Shown: positions 21,259 to 30,802, counted from the stretch's first letter. The stretch is 64,000 bases of DNA from an uncultured bacterium (GCA_903824675.1 CAIJXV010000006.1:46695-110694), one strand, 5' to 3'. Notes: generated by a model not told the origin, from the sequence alone. Numbers and translations: made by a program.

Positions 21259-24048
21259 ATGAATATTTCGGACTTTGAAAAAAACAATAATACAATAGAA
21301 AATGATTTAACAAGGGCAATTAAAGAAACCCCTAACCCCTTTAATCCACATTCGCCAGTTGAAGATCCCGAATTACTAGTCGGCAGGCAAGCGTTATTGC
21401 TGGAAATTGACATGCAGTTGAAAGAGTGTCATGAAACAAGACGTTTTCGACATGTCATTGTTTCAGGGGAGCGCGGATCAGGTAAAACCAGTCTTATGCA
21501 GGTGATTGCGCAAAAGTATTATAAGAAACAGTGTTTATGCCAAATTAAAATTGAATCCGACACGAGCCTGCGCGATCCGCTTTTGTTTCGGCAGATATTT
21601 CGCAAATTAATTGAAAGTCTTTTTAGTCAGACGTCGGAACGTTCGCGCGATATATCATCAATATTTCGCGGAAAGACTGATAAAGTATTTCAAAGAACCA
21701 TTAGTGATCTCGAAAAATATAGTCCCGGAATAAAGGACCAGGTTTTTGCCTTTCCAGAAATATACTTCGAAACCAAGGACATACAGGCAGATGCAATGTT
21801 TGAGATTAAAAAAGCCCTTAAAGCGGATATTGCCATTATCGCTGATAACTTGAATGTCCCACTTTTTATTCTGGTAGACGCTTTTGGAGGGGCCGAAACA
21901 AATGCTGAATTTATTTGCATTCTAGTGTCCCTATTTGAAAAGGTCAATAACGTTTGCCTTTTGACTATTGCTTCTGCTGAAACGATTCAGGTGTTGCACA
22001 ATAAATCAGAAACGCTCATTCGAACCGCAAAGAAATATGACATGCCTCCCTTGACGGCTGATGATATTCGCGCCTTATTTGTAAAAACTTTACTTCAAAA
22101 AGATTTATTTAGAGAATCCATTCAAAAAGCTTTGGCGACGACGAAATGGGATGTCGCCAGTTGTGTGGAATTTTCGCCGTTTTGGGGTGAGTTCAAGTAT
22201 CAAATAAAACCCGAATTAATCGCGCAATGTGCGCAGGGCAACCCATATCTTACAATGATGATGCTTTATGTTGCCTTCAAGAAAGCGAAGGCGACAGATA
22301 ACAAGGTAATTGCTTTTGATGCTGAGGTCTTAAAGGATGTTTTTGTTGAATTGCAATACGATCAGAAATATCAACCTTATCAAAAAACCTTTACGTGGAT
22401 CAAATCATTGGGTTCTCGTAAGCGACTTCTTTTAAGTTTTTTGCTGCAAATTAGGACGCCCATTAAACTCGAAGATCTTTTTGCATTTGAACTTTTGATT
22501 CACCATGAGGATTTTGTCGTCAGGAACGAACTTCTTACGGCATACAGAGATTTCTGCCGACAAGGTGCTATACGCGAGAATACGGACGGCACATTTAGTG
22601 TGATGCTGAATAGCATTGAATGCGCCTATTTGACCCTATTTCAAGCTAACGACTTGAATGATTTTCGATTTTATAAAAACTTGACTGATTTTGTTTCCTC
22701 GGAATTACTTGGCCAACTACTTCGCCCTAAGTCTTCGTCGCTGATAAGTCGAAGAACCCAGTTTGAGGAATTCATCGAATTGCTAGAACGTGAAGCCCAA
22801 TTTCACCCTGACTTTATCCCCCTCATTAGTAAAGTTAGATATAAAGATGCTCTAGATGTGCTGTCTATGGATATAGATCAATCTGGGAATTCCAATATTC
22901 CTTTGCACACTGCTTCTGGCCGTTGTGCAATCTTGGCGTTCCCTAGGTGGACAGAATCAGTAAACCATCCCAAATCAAATTATAAAGATATACCCTTTGC
23001 TCAGGCTCTCTCTCAGATTCGAAATTCGGCAGACTGCAAAAACTTAATGCGCAGTAATCTTTGGGGTTTAAAATGGTGCATCGAGTATGAACGCCTGGAA
23101 GATGAAGCTGGGGTTCGTTCGGAAATCCCGTGGCTTCTCCCTTTTTTGTATTTATCATTGCAGATGCCTCGCATTCCAGTTCTGACAATTAAAGCGAGCT
23201 TTTCAGAGCGTCGCATTGAAATCGTCGCGAGTTGGATGGCGGCTTTACAAGGTGAAGAATCAATAGAGGATTCCATTCAGCCTCGCCTTGAGCAGCTTAA
23301 GGCTAATGCACTGTTAGCCAGTGTGGAGTTGTCTTGCTCATGGGAATATTATGAACCATTGTATCTACATGATCTACCGGATTCATTTTATGAGATGTCA
23401 CTCTATCACCCAGAGTATGAGAAGTACCACAATAATTCAAAGCGGGAAGGCCCTTTTGTCAAGGAACAACTATACCATTTCGGGGCACTCCTGGCTGATT
23501 CGTGGGTTCATATCTGCGCACAACGAAAGTTTCGTGAGATAGAGATCTTCTTGACGCACTACTCAAGACTTATAATTCTTCCGGACGTCCAAAGATATCT
23601 TAGCTTTCAAGAATATGATAAGTCTTTGCTCACCTGTCAGATCGAGTTCTCATTAATTGTTGCGGGTCGGTATGACTTGGCGACTGAACTTATTTCTGTC
23701 TTGTTGCCACATTTCAAGGATCCCGTGTTTTTGGCTCTAACACATTATGGGCTAGCATTAATTGCATTGTGCCAAAGCAAATTCGATGTCGTAGTTTCGG
23801 AATTAGCTGAAATCCGCTGTCTTATTTCTTTGCACGCTAATGATTTTAAGCGATTCACTGAGGCCGTTTCAGCTCATGACTTCGCCAAATATTCGTCCGC
23901 CAAAGAAGGTTGTTTCAGCACATATTTCTTTATTCCTCTTCCTAAGGTCGAAAACGGCGAGATCGTTTTTGCTATTTCTAATGCCGCGGACTTCACGGCC
24001 GTTTGTGATTCGGTCGATACGGCAGTTAGAAGGAAGCCAGCTCGATAA
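21259..24048 (+). CDS. STAND / AAA_16-type P-loop NTPase with ~650 aa helical C-terminal (sensor-like) region
   Basis: ELLVGRQALLLEIDMQL...HVIVSGERGSGKTSLMQ is an AAA_16-style N-terminus with Walker A at aa 70-77. The Walker B-like motif is VPLFILVDAFGG. 929 aa, conspicuously AT-rich coding sequence. Confidence 0.7.
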   Translation: MNISDFEKNNNTIENDLTRAIKETPNPFNPHSPVEDPELLVGRQALLLEIDMQLKECHETRRFRHVIVSGERGSGKTSLMQVIAQKYYKKQCLCQIKIESDTSLRDPLLFRQIFRKLIESLFSQTSERSRDISSIFRGKTDKVFQRTISDLEKYSPGIKDQVFAFPEIYFETKDIQADAMFEIKKALKADIAIIADNLNVPLFILVDAFGGAETNAEFICILVSLFEKVNNVCLLTIASAETIQVLHNKSETLIRTAKKYDMPPLTADDIRALFVKTLLQKDLFRESIQKALATTKWDVASCVEFSPFWGEFKYQIKPELIAQCAQGNPYLTMMMLYVAFKKAKATDNKVIAFDAEVLKDVFVELQYDQKYQPYQKTFTWIKSLGSRKRLLLSFLLQIRTPIKLEDLFAFELLIHHEDFVVRNELLTAYRDFCRQGAIRENTDGTFSVMLNSIECAYLTLFQANDLNDFRFYKNLTDFVSSELLGQLLRPKSSSLISRRTQFEEFIELLEREAQFHPDFIPLISKVRYKDALDVLSMDIDQSGNSNIPLHTASGRCAILAFPRWTESVNHPKSNYKDIPFAQALSQIRNSADCKNLMRSNLWGLKWCIEYERLEDEAGVRSEIPWLLPFLYLSLQMPRIPVLTIKASFSERRIEIVASWMAALQGEESIEDSIQPRLEQLKANALLASVELSCSWEYYEPLYLHDLPDSFYEMSLYHPEYEKYHNNSKREGPFVKEQLYHFGALLADSWVHICAQRKFREIEIFLTHYSRLIILPDVQRYLSFQEYDKSLLTCQIEFSLIVAGRYDLATELISVLLPHFKDPVFLALTHYGLALIALCQSKFDVVVSELAEIRCLISLHANDFKRFTEAVSAHDFAKYSSAKEGCFSTYFFIPLPKVENGEIVFAISNAADFTAVCDSVDTAVRRKPAR

Positions 24049-24197
24049 GGGGCTCCGTATTGGCCTCGCTGGCCCTTTGATTGTTCGGGATATGATTCTC
24101 CTTCTCCGCCAACTTTCTTGAATGGTGCTAATGTGATATACACAATTAGCATACATGGAGACGGCGACAGTAAACCCATTGTGCCACACTGATGGAA

Positions 24198-26336
24198 TTA
24201 CGAATAATTGAATGGCAATAAACGGGCGATGTCGCTGGCCGACGAAATATCCGAACCTTTGAGGATATCTGAAAACTGGTCTATCCCGCCCCATGCTTTC
24301 AGGTACGATGCAAATGGCGTGGACTGTGCGATGAGGCTTTCTGTCCAAGACAGGCATTCCTGGAAGTGTTTTGCATGCGATTGATTGTCTCCGCGAATCT
24401 TGTTGATGACGGTGATCAATCCCAATTGGGATAAACCAATGGTTTGCACCGTAAAGTGTAACTTCTTGGATATGCTGACACCTTGAGCCAAGATCTGAGT
24501 AGCAGATTCATATTGTTGGGCTTGTAAAAACAAATACCCGATCCACTTGCAGAGATGTTCGCATGGATGATCTTCGAATATGCGGGTCTTCCACGTATCC
24601 CAAATGGCTGCCGTCATGTTTTTGTCAATAGGGATGACGTCAGCGGCCACTGCGTCGCAATGGGCCGAAGCGATTCGAAGATAATTGATCGCATTGAATG
24701 GGGAGAGATTCGGGGTTGTCATGATTTCAGGTAGTCTCGAAACTAAATCTGCCGGAGTTGCAACAGGATTATTCCCTGAATGCCTGTTCATTTCAGCGCA
24801 GGCGCGGTTGAGATCGTCCGATTGCCAGGCCAGGGTTGCCAGATAGTTTGCCGACATTGAATAATATGAAATACCAGAGGGGAAATGTTTGATGCTTTTT
24901 TCGAAATATGCGCGAGCCATGTCTCCCCAGGCGGGATCCGTCCGCGCTAGAAAAGCGCAGGCTTGGCCCAGTGATCCTTGCATTTGGCCCAGAAGTTCAT
25001 CAGGTTCATCCGCTGGCACTTCGGCTTCGCGGCGGTCGACATCATCGCTGAACGTGGTTAGCACCTCTTCGAATCGGTAATCATTGAAAAGATAATTGAG
25101 ATTTCGGTTTCGGATTTCCAGTAAACGTTCTTTTCGCGTGTTGTGAGTTCCGGGTAGTAAATTCATCTGTTGTTGAAGCAATGTTGTCAGGCGGGTTTCA
25201 ATGTCTTTTTGCGGATTAACGTTGCCTTGGTGATTATGGCAGGCGGCAAGATCACTCAGACCATCTGCCAGATAATTTGCCCAAACACGTTGATTTTCGA
25301 TGGAACCCTTCGCCCTCAGGTTGGCCTCGGCGATGTCGGTCAATTGATGAAGGAGTTTCTTTGCACCATCCAGATTTCCGGGTTCACGAGTGCGGCTAGC
25401 GATGAGAAAGCGGGTATAGGCGAGTAATGCGGATGTTTCGCGCATGAGTATCTGACTGTCGTCTTCGCGTTTTAGAGCCTGGATCAAGCGGGAATAATCG
25501 GGATGCCCTTCTGTAGTCGGTAAATAACGCCGCAAATAATCGGCGGTCGTTGCGTACTGTTTGTTCTCCAAAAGGCGCGCGACTTCGTGATCGTAATGCC
25601 GGCGATAGTCGCCAAACATGAATTCATCGGGATTAGTTCGCTCGACTATTGTCCCGTCTGGTGTTTTTTTGCCGCCGCGCAGAAGACAGCATACGAAGTC
25701 CGCTGCGATGAGGCCTGGATTCCGATCCCCAATACCCCACCGTAATAATAATCGATTTTCGGCATTCAATCTTCTGGTGAATGAGATGGCTGGCGAGTCG
25801 CCAGAAAGGATCTGGTCTTTGATATAGTCCAATAGGCGAGGCATGTAGTCGGGATAGTTTGAGTTGATGGTTTCTGCGATGGTTCGTTGTGCAACCATTA
25901 TTTCCACAGAATCAGCATTTGGGCATCGCGTGAAGAGTGTTTCCAGAGCCTTTCGCGTAGCGGCAACCAAATTCAAGACATAAGTGGCCTGCGGAGAAGT
26001 CTCAAATCGCTTGCCGGTATTTCTTGATGCGAAAAAAAAAGCACTTGAACCGCAGATGCCTGTAAAAACGGCATTTGTGAAGGCTTCGAGATCCCGCCTT
26101 GACACTGGGCCGGCGACTCGGAGGTGGCCTTCTAACAACTTGCCGCAATGATAATGATCGGGATAGATGAATTTAATGCGGGAATTTGAGTTAAAAGCTG
26201 AAAGTTGGTCGACATGCAATGCCTTCCACGCCTGATCATCAAGGGTGCTACAGATGCCCCCTACAAGAGAAGATGCCTTTCGAGTGATCCCTTCATCAAA
26301 GGAGCCGCTCTCGTCTATGAAAATGAAATATTTCAC
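24198..26336 (-). CDS. DUF3800 N-terminal domain protein with long TPR-like helical C-terminus
   Basis: The N-terminus MKYFIFIDESGSFD matches the characteristic DUF3800 start (M.Y..IDESG). 712 aa, AT-richer than flanking genes, convergent with the STAND gene. Confidence 0.55.
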   Translation of the reverse strand: MKYFIFIDESGSFDEGITRKASSLVGGICSTLDDQAWKALHVDQLSAFNSNSRIKFIYPDHYHCGKLLEGHLRVAGPVSRRDLEAFTNAVFTGICGSSAFFFASRNTGKRFETSPQATYVLNLVAATRKALETLFTRCPNADSVEIMVAQRTIAETINSNYPDYMPRLLDYIKDQILSGDSPAISFTRRLNAENRLLLRWGIGDRNPGLIAADFVCCLLRGGKKTPDGTIVERTNPDEFMFGDYRRHYDHEVARLLENKQYATTADYLRRYLPTTEGHPDYSRLIQALKREDDSQILMRETSALLAYTRFLIASRTREPGNLDGAKKLLHQLTDIAEANLRAKGSIENQRVWANYLADGLSDLAACHNHQGNVNPQKDIETRLTTLLQQQMNLLPGTHNTRKERLLEIRNRNLNYLFNDYRFEEVLTTFSDDVDRREAEVPADEPDELLGQMQGSLGQACAFLARTDPAWGDMARAYFEKSIKHFPSGISYYSMSANYLATLAWQSDDLNRACAEMNRHSGNNPVATPADLVSRLPEIMTTPNLSPFNAINYLRIASAHCDAVAADVIPIDKNMTAAIWDTWKTRIFEDHPCEHLCKWIGYLFLQAQQYESATQILAQGVSISKKLHFTVQTIGLSQLGLITVINKIRGDNQSHAKHFQECLSWTESLIAQSTPFASYLKAWGGIDQFSDILKGSDISSASDIARLLPFNYS

Positions 26337-26609
26337 GGATTAAACACCTTATATCTTTGTTAGTTACTGATATTGCGGAATTCCCCTTCCCAGCGCAAGT
26401 TCGTTCTTTGAACCCTCTATACAACGGGACGAATTTCCAAGGAGGATTATTTGGGCAATTTCATCGGAAAAGTTGTTAGACGTCGGCTTCCAGTAATTTG
26501 CAACGTCTGCGATTGAATTCTAGCTACAAATGAAGATTTACCTGATGAAAACGATTTTAGGCCTTGGTTTCTGGTTCGGGTTGGTGGCGTTGTTGGTTTG
26601 GGAGGAACT

Positions 26610-28862
26610 GTGAAAAACGTATCTTCATATCGAGAAATACTGATCAATAAGACATGCCTGACCCGCGACCAATCGGCGATGATCGGGGCTTTGTCTCAAT
26701 TTTTTGATTCTGATCAAAGCCGGGTCTTTCTTCTCAAGGGTTATGCCGGAACGGGGAAAACCTATATCCTCCGGCAGATCGCCGAAGCCCTGTCGGTCGC
26801 GAAACTGCCGTTCTGTCTGCTGACCCCCACGGGGCGTGCGGCGCGTATCCTGGGTAAACGCACCGGCTTCCCCGCGCGGACCATTCATAGCCTGATGTAT
26901 GCCATGAACCAGGTACGGGAATATGAAAAAGATGAGGAGCGCTTTCAACTCCACTTCGAATTGTCCGATCCCAGTGGGATCGATAGCCGGATGGTTTTTC
27001 TGGTGGATGAGTCGTCCCTGATTGGCGATCGGGAAGGTGAACAGGAATTCTTGCGGTTTGGGTCGGGTCGCTTGCTCAAGGATTTTATTGATTATACGCG
27101 GGTGGGAGTGTCAGGGCTGGAAACGCGGATCGTATTTGCGGGGGATCCGGCCCAATTGCCGCCGGTGAATGATAACATTTCGCCGGCATTGTCGTCCGAA
27201 TATTTGAAGAAGACGCACAATTTGGTGGCCCAAACAGCGGAATTAACCGAGGTGGTGCGGCAGAAGGGTGGAAGTCCGGTTCTGCGCGTGGCTACGGAAT
27301 TGCGCAATAGTCTAGCGAATGGCCGGGTTAACAAGCTGGCGGTACCGGAGGAACCACCGGCCATCCGGTCAATCCAGCCCGCGGACGCCTCGAAATTGAT
27401 CGCGGAGGCATGTCGGGTGGATGCGATGGCGGAGGAGGTGCTGGTGACCTACAGCAATGAACTGGCGTTGAAATACAACCAGGCGGTGCGCGGTCATCTG
27501 TATGGGAATGAACAGGCTTCGGTACGGGTGGGGGACCGGGTGATGGTGAACACCAACAATCCGTGTTGGGGCCTGATGAACGGTGATTTTGCGGCGTTGC
27601 TAGGTGTCGCGCCTGAGCCCGAGATCCGTCAGGTTGCAGTTCGGGGGCAGGACGTCCAGGCGCTCATCTTCCGACGGGTGACGGCGGGTTGGCTGAATGC
27701 GGAGAACCAGCCGGTGCGACTGGAATGCTTGGTGATGGAAAATCTGCTGGATTCGCGCGAGCGGGATTTGACCCGGCCGGAAATGATGGCGCTCTACGTG
27801 GATTTCAAGAATCGGAATCCAGATCTGAAGCCACACACGCGCGATTTTGAGACGGCGCTACGGGCAGATGAGTATTTCAACGCGTTACGGGTGAAATATG
27901 GTTATGCGGTGACCTGCCACAAGGCGCAGGGTGGGGAGTGGGACCGGGTGATCGTGGACTTTCGGACCGGGGGAGGGTGGTCAAATCCCGCGTATTTTCG
28001 CTGGTGCTATACGGCTATAACGCGGGCCCGGAGTGAATTGCTGACGATCAATGCGCCGCAGTTTGTCCATTCCTGGGTGGGAATTCGGCGGGTGGGGGTG
28101 GGGAAAGGGGAGGGGAAGTTGTTGGTTGCTGCGGTGTTGGTTGATAGCGGGGAGGATGAAGGGATGGAGCGGAAGCCAAAGTGCTCGGTGGATGAAGCGA
28201 GCGGTGAGATCAGTGCGGGAACGCCCGGCTGTACCGGGGAACAACAAGATGAAGACAAGGCCGGCTGGCCGGGGGTCAAGTGGGCAGAGGGACATGAGCC
28301 GTTGAAACTTAAAGCCAATTGCTTTGCGGCGATGTTGCGGGCACAGGGTTTCGAGGTGGGTGTGCTGGAGCATGGCAACTATTTTGAACGGTACACAATT
28401 ATGGACGGCGCGAGACCGATCAAAATCCAGGTCTATTACGATGGAAGGATGCGATTCCGTGTACCCCAGCCGATGCCCCGCGGCAAGGTTTCGGTGGATG
28501 ATCCGGCTTTTAAGAAAATCGCAGCGTTATTCCTGTCGGCGATCCCCGAGGATGGCGGAATGGCTGAGGAAGGGGCCAAACCCCAAGCGGTTGAGTTGCG
28601 GGCAAAACTGGAGGAATTGCGGGCGCAGGGAGTGGATGTGTTGCGGCTGGATAGCGGGGAATATGTGGATCGGGTGACCTTGCGTCGGGAAACGTCGGTG
28701 GCTGAGGTGGATTTTTATCATGATCGCAAAGGGCGTTATACATCCTGGCAGATCATGCCGACCCGCGATCCTGAATTTCGGGGATGGTTGACCGGCCGGA
28801 TCGAGGATTTACTGATGACGCCGGAACAAAGTGCCGTGCAAGGTGTGGATTTACTGGAATGA
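26610..28862 (+). CDS. RecD/TraA-like SF1B DNA helicase (AAA_30 + UvrD_C_2) with ~270 aa C-terminal extension
   Basis: Walker A LLKGYAGTGKTY, Walker B FLVDESSLIG, motif FAGDPAQLPPV, and VTCHKAQGGEWDRVIV. Start uncertain (GTG at 26610 with GGAGG upstream; the track used TTG at 26598). Confidence 0.8.
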   Translation: MKNVSSYREILINKTCLTRDQSAMIGALSQFFDSDQSRVFLLKGYAGTGKTYILRQIAEALSVAKLPFCLLTPTGRAARILGKRTGFPARTIHSLMYAMNQVREYEKDEERFQLHFELSDPSGIDSRMVFLVDESSLIGDREGEQEFLRFGSGRLLKDFIDYTRVGVSGLETRIVFAGDPAQLPPVNDNISPALSSEYLKKTHNLVAQTAELTEVVRQKGGSPVLRVATELRNSLANGRVNKLAVPEEPPAIRSIQPADASKLIAEACRVDAMAEEVLVTYSNELALKYNQAVRGHLYGNEQASVRVGDRVMVNTNNPCWGLMNGDFAALLGVAPEPEIRQVAVRGQDVQALIFRRVTAGWLNAENQPVRLECLVMENLLDSRERDLTRPEMMALYVDFKNRNPDLKPHTRDFETALRADEYFNALRVKYGYAVTCHKAQGGEWDRVIVDFRTGGGWSNPAYFRWCYTAITRARSELLTINAPQFVHSWVGIRRVGVGKGEGKLLVAAVLVDSGEDEGMERKPKCSVDEASGEISAGTPGCTGEQQDEDKAGWPGVKWAEGHEPLKLKANCFAAMLRAQGFEVGVLEHGNYFERYTIMDGARPIKIQVYYDGRMRFRVPQPMPRGKVSVDDPAFKKIAALFLSAIPEDGGMAEEGAKPQAVELRAKLEELRAQGVDVLRLDSGEYVDRVTLRRETSVAEVDFYHDRKGRYTSWQIMPTRDPEFRGWLTGRIEDLLMTPEQSAVQGVDLLE

Positions 28863-28876
28863 CGGGATGATGAGCG

Positions 28877-30802
28877 ATGAACGAGGTAAAAACCATATTT
28901 CAGATGCGCCGTGAGGGACGATTGGCTGAAGCCCTTGAAATGGCTCGAACCTTTTGCGTCGCGAACCCGGCGGATTCCTGGGGTGTGAAGGCGCTGGCCT
29001 GGGTTCTGCGCGACCTTATTCTCGGTTGCCTGAAAGCGAAGGATCGGTCCGGTGCAACGGATTTATATCTGGAATTCGCACAATTACCCATTGGGGAAGA
29101 TGATATCGTCTTGGTCCAGACGGCCGATTGGCTGAAGAGTGCCGTGGACGATCCGGTGCGGCCGCTGTTGGACCAGGCAAAGCAATCTCAGGAAGCGGGC
29201 GATTTGGGTGCAAGTCTCGCGATTCTGCGGGATGTGGTTAGGCAGTATCCGCAATCGGAGCAGGCCCGGTCAGCGTTGGGGTGGGCGATTTACCGGGTCT
29301 TACACGCGATGGGACGGGAAGAGCATCCTGACCGACAGGCGGTTCTATCCTATTTGCGGGAATATCGAGCATTGTTTCCCCAACCCAAACCAGGCACGTT
29401 ACACTCGGCGATTCTGAATGCCGCCACCAAGCTGAGCGATGACTTGCCGCAATTTCCCCGTTTCTTTTTGTGGTGGGGTCCGGATAACTTTCAGACGGAG
29501 GATGCCCGGCCATTTTGCCCAAAGGATTCAGATCAGACATTTCCGAGCCTGGTTGAAAAAACGATCAAGGCGCTGTATCGCACCTGTAAAGGGCTTGAGG
29601 ACCTGGAAGTCGTGGGGCGGTGTGCTGATTTTGTAAAACTCTGGTTGCCGCGGTTTCCTGAGCAAGAATGGTTTGGGTATTATTACGGCCGGATGCTTAT
29701 TTTCGCGGGGCGGCTGGAGGAGGCGCGGGGGTACTTGATGCCGATCATTCGCAAGAAGCAGTCGGAATTCTGGGCTTGGGCGGCACTGGCCGACACCTTT
29801 GGGGAAGCGGCTCATGAAGAGCGGGTGACGTGTCTCTGTCAGGCGGCCCGGTGCCCTATTCATGACGAGTCCTTCAAAGTTGGGGTCCACACGGCGCTGG
29901 CTGAATTGCTGGCCCGGATGAATAAGAAGTCCGAAGCCCGTTGGGAACTCCAGACGGTGGTGAAGATCCGCGCCGAGAAGTGGTGGAAAATAACATCCGA
30001 AATTCAGGCGATGCAGGCAGCTGATTGGGCGGTGGGTGAGCCGGCGGATGACGGGAATCAGTCCTTATACGAGGAGTATGGGGCTCGGGCCTCATCCATT
30101 TTATGCGAAGGGTTGCCGTGGGAAAATGCCATCGTATTGGAAGTGTCAGAGGCCCGACCGTCTGATGGGCCGGAGCGGCGAGCCGTGCCGCCACTGGTGA
30201 TGATTGGATTAGGGAAAGGACCGCGTTTGACGACGCTCCGATTAAAACAGAATTTTTCGAGGGCAACGCGTGACGCACGGGTGGGGATGCCGGTGCGGAT
30301 CCGGCAAGATCAGGCGATGGAACACCCGTCCGTGATGGCGTTCGAATCGCGGGTCGGTACGGATTGGGATCTGCTTCCCGAACGGGCAGGGATCGTATTG
30401 TCGAATTCGGATGAGCGAGGGCTGACGATCATTTATCTCGGAGGCGATGAAGTAGTTTTTCTTTACCATGATCGGCTGCCGGAAGTCCAGGCCTATGAAG
30501 TGGGTGAATTTGTGAAAGTGCGGGTGATTTGGAATGAGCGGTCCGCTCGATTCAAGTGGCTGACCGTGGCTCTGGATTTGACTCCCTCGCCGGTGGCATG
30601 GTGCCGTGAGTTTGCGGACTCGGTTCGCCTGTCGGCCAACGGGGGGTTTGGCTTTGCGGGGGATGTATTTATCCAGCCCGGCTTGGTCAGCGAACAGGGG
30701 GTGACGGATGGATGCCAGGTGCGGGGAAGAGCGATTTTGCGCAAGAAACCGAACCGGGGCGAGTTGGGTTGGCAGGCGGTGACTGTGGCGGTGAAAGCGT
30801 AA
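28877..30802 (+). CDS. Large helical-repeat (TPR-like) protein with C-terminal beta-rich (OB-like?) region, unknown function
   Basis: 641 aa ORF starting 14 nt after the helicase stop. The N-terminal 400 aa are predicted helical repeats. No catalytic motif recognised. Confidence 0.5.
   Translation: MNEVKTIFQMRREGRLAEALEMARTFCVANPADSWGVKALAWVLRDLILGCLKAKDRSGATDLYLEFAQLPIGEDDIVLVQTADWLKSAVDDPVRPLLDQAKQSQEAGDLGASLAILRDVVRQYPQSEQARSALGWAIYRVLHAMGREEHPDRQAVLSYLREYRALFPQPKPGTLHSAILNAATKLSDDLPQFPRFFLWWGPDNFQTEDARPFCPKDSDQTFPSLVEKTIKALYRTCKGLEDLEVVGRCADFVKLWLPRFPEQEWFGYYYGRMLIFAGRLEEARGYLMPIIRKKQSEFWAWAALADTFGEAAHEERVTCLCQAARCPIHDESFKVGVHTALAELLARMNKKSEARWELQTVVKIRAEKWWKITSEIQAMQAADWAVGEPADDGNQSLYEEYGARASSILCEGLPWENAIVLEVSEARPSDGPERRAVPPLVMIGLGKGPRLTTLRLKQNFSRATRDARVGMPVRIRQDQAMEHPSVMAFESRVGTDWDLLPERAGIVLSNSDERGLTIIYLGGDEVVFLYHDRLPEVQAYEVGEFVKVRVIWNERSARFKWLTVALDLTPSPVAWCREFADSVRLSANGGFGFAGDVFIQPGLVSEQGVTDGCQVRGRAILRKKPNRGELGWQAVTVAVKA

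Noticed and set aside
24049-24197. Intrinsic terminator between convergent STAND and DUF3800 genes
   Set aside because: Only a 4-bp GGCC/GGCC stem was found. There is no convincing GC-rich hairpin followed by a T-tract on either strand.
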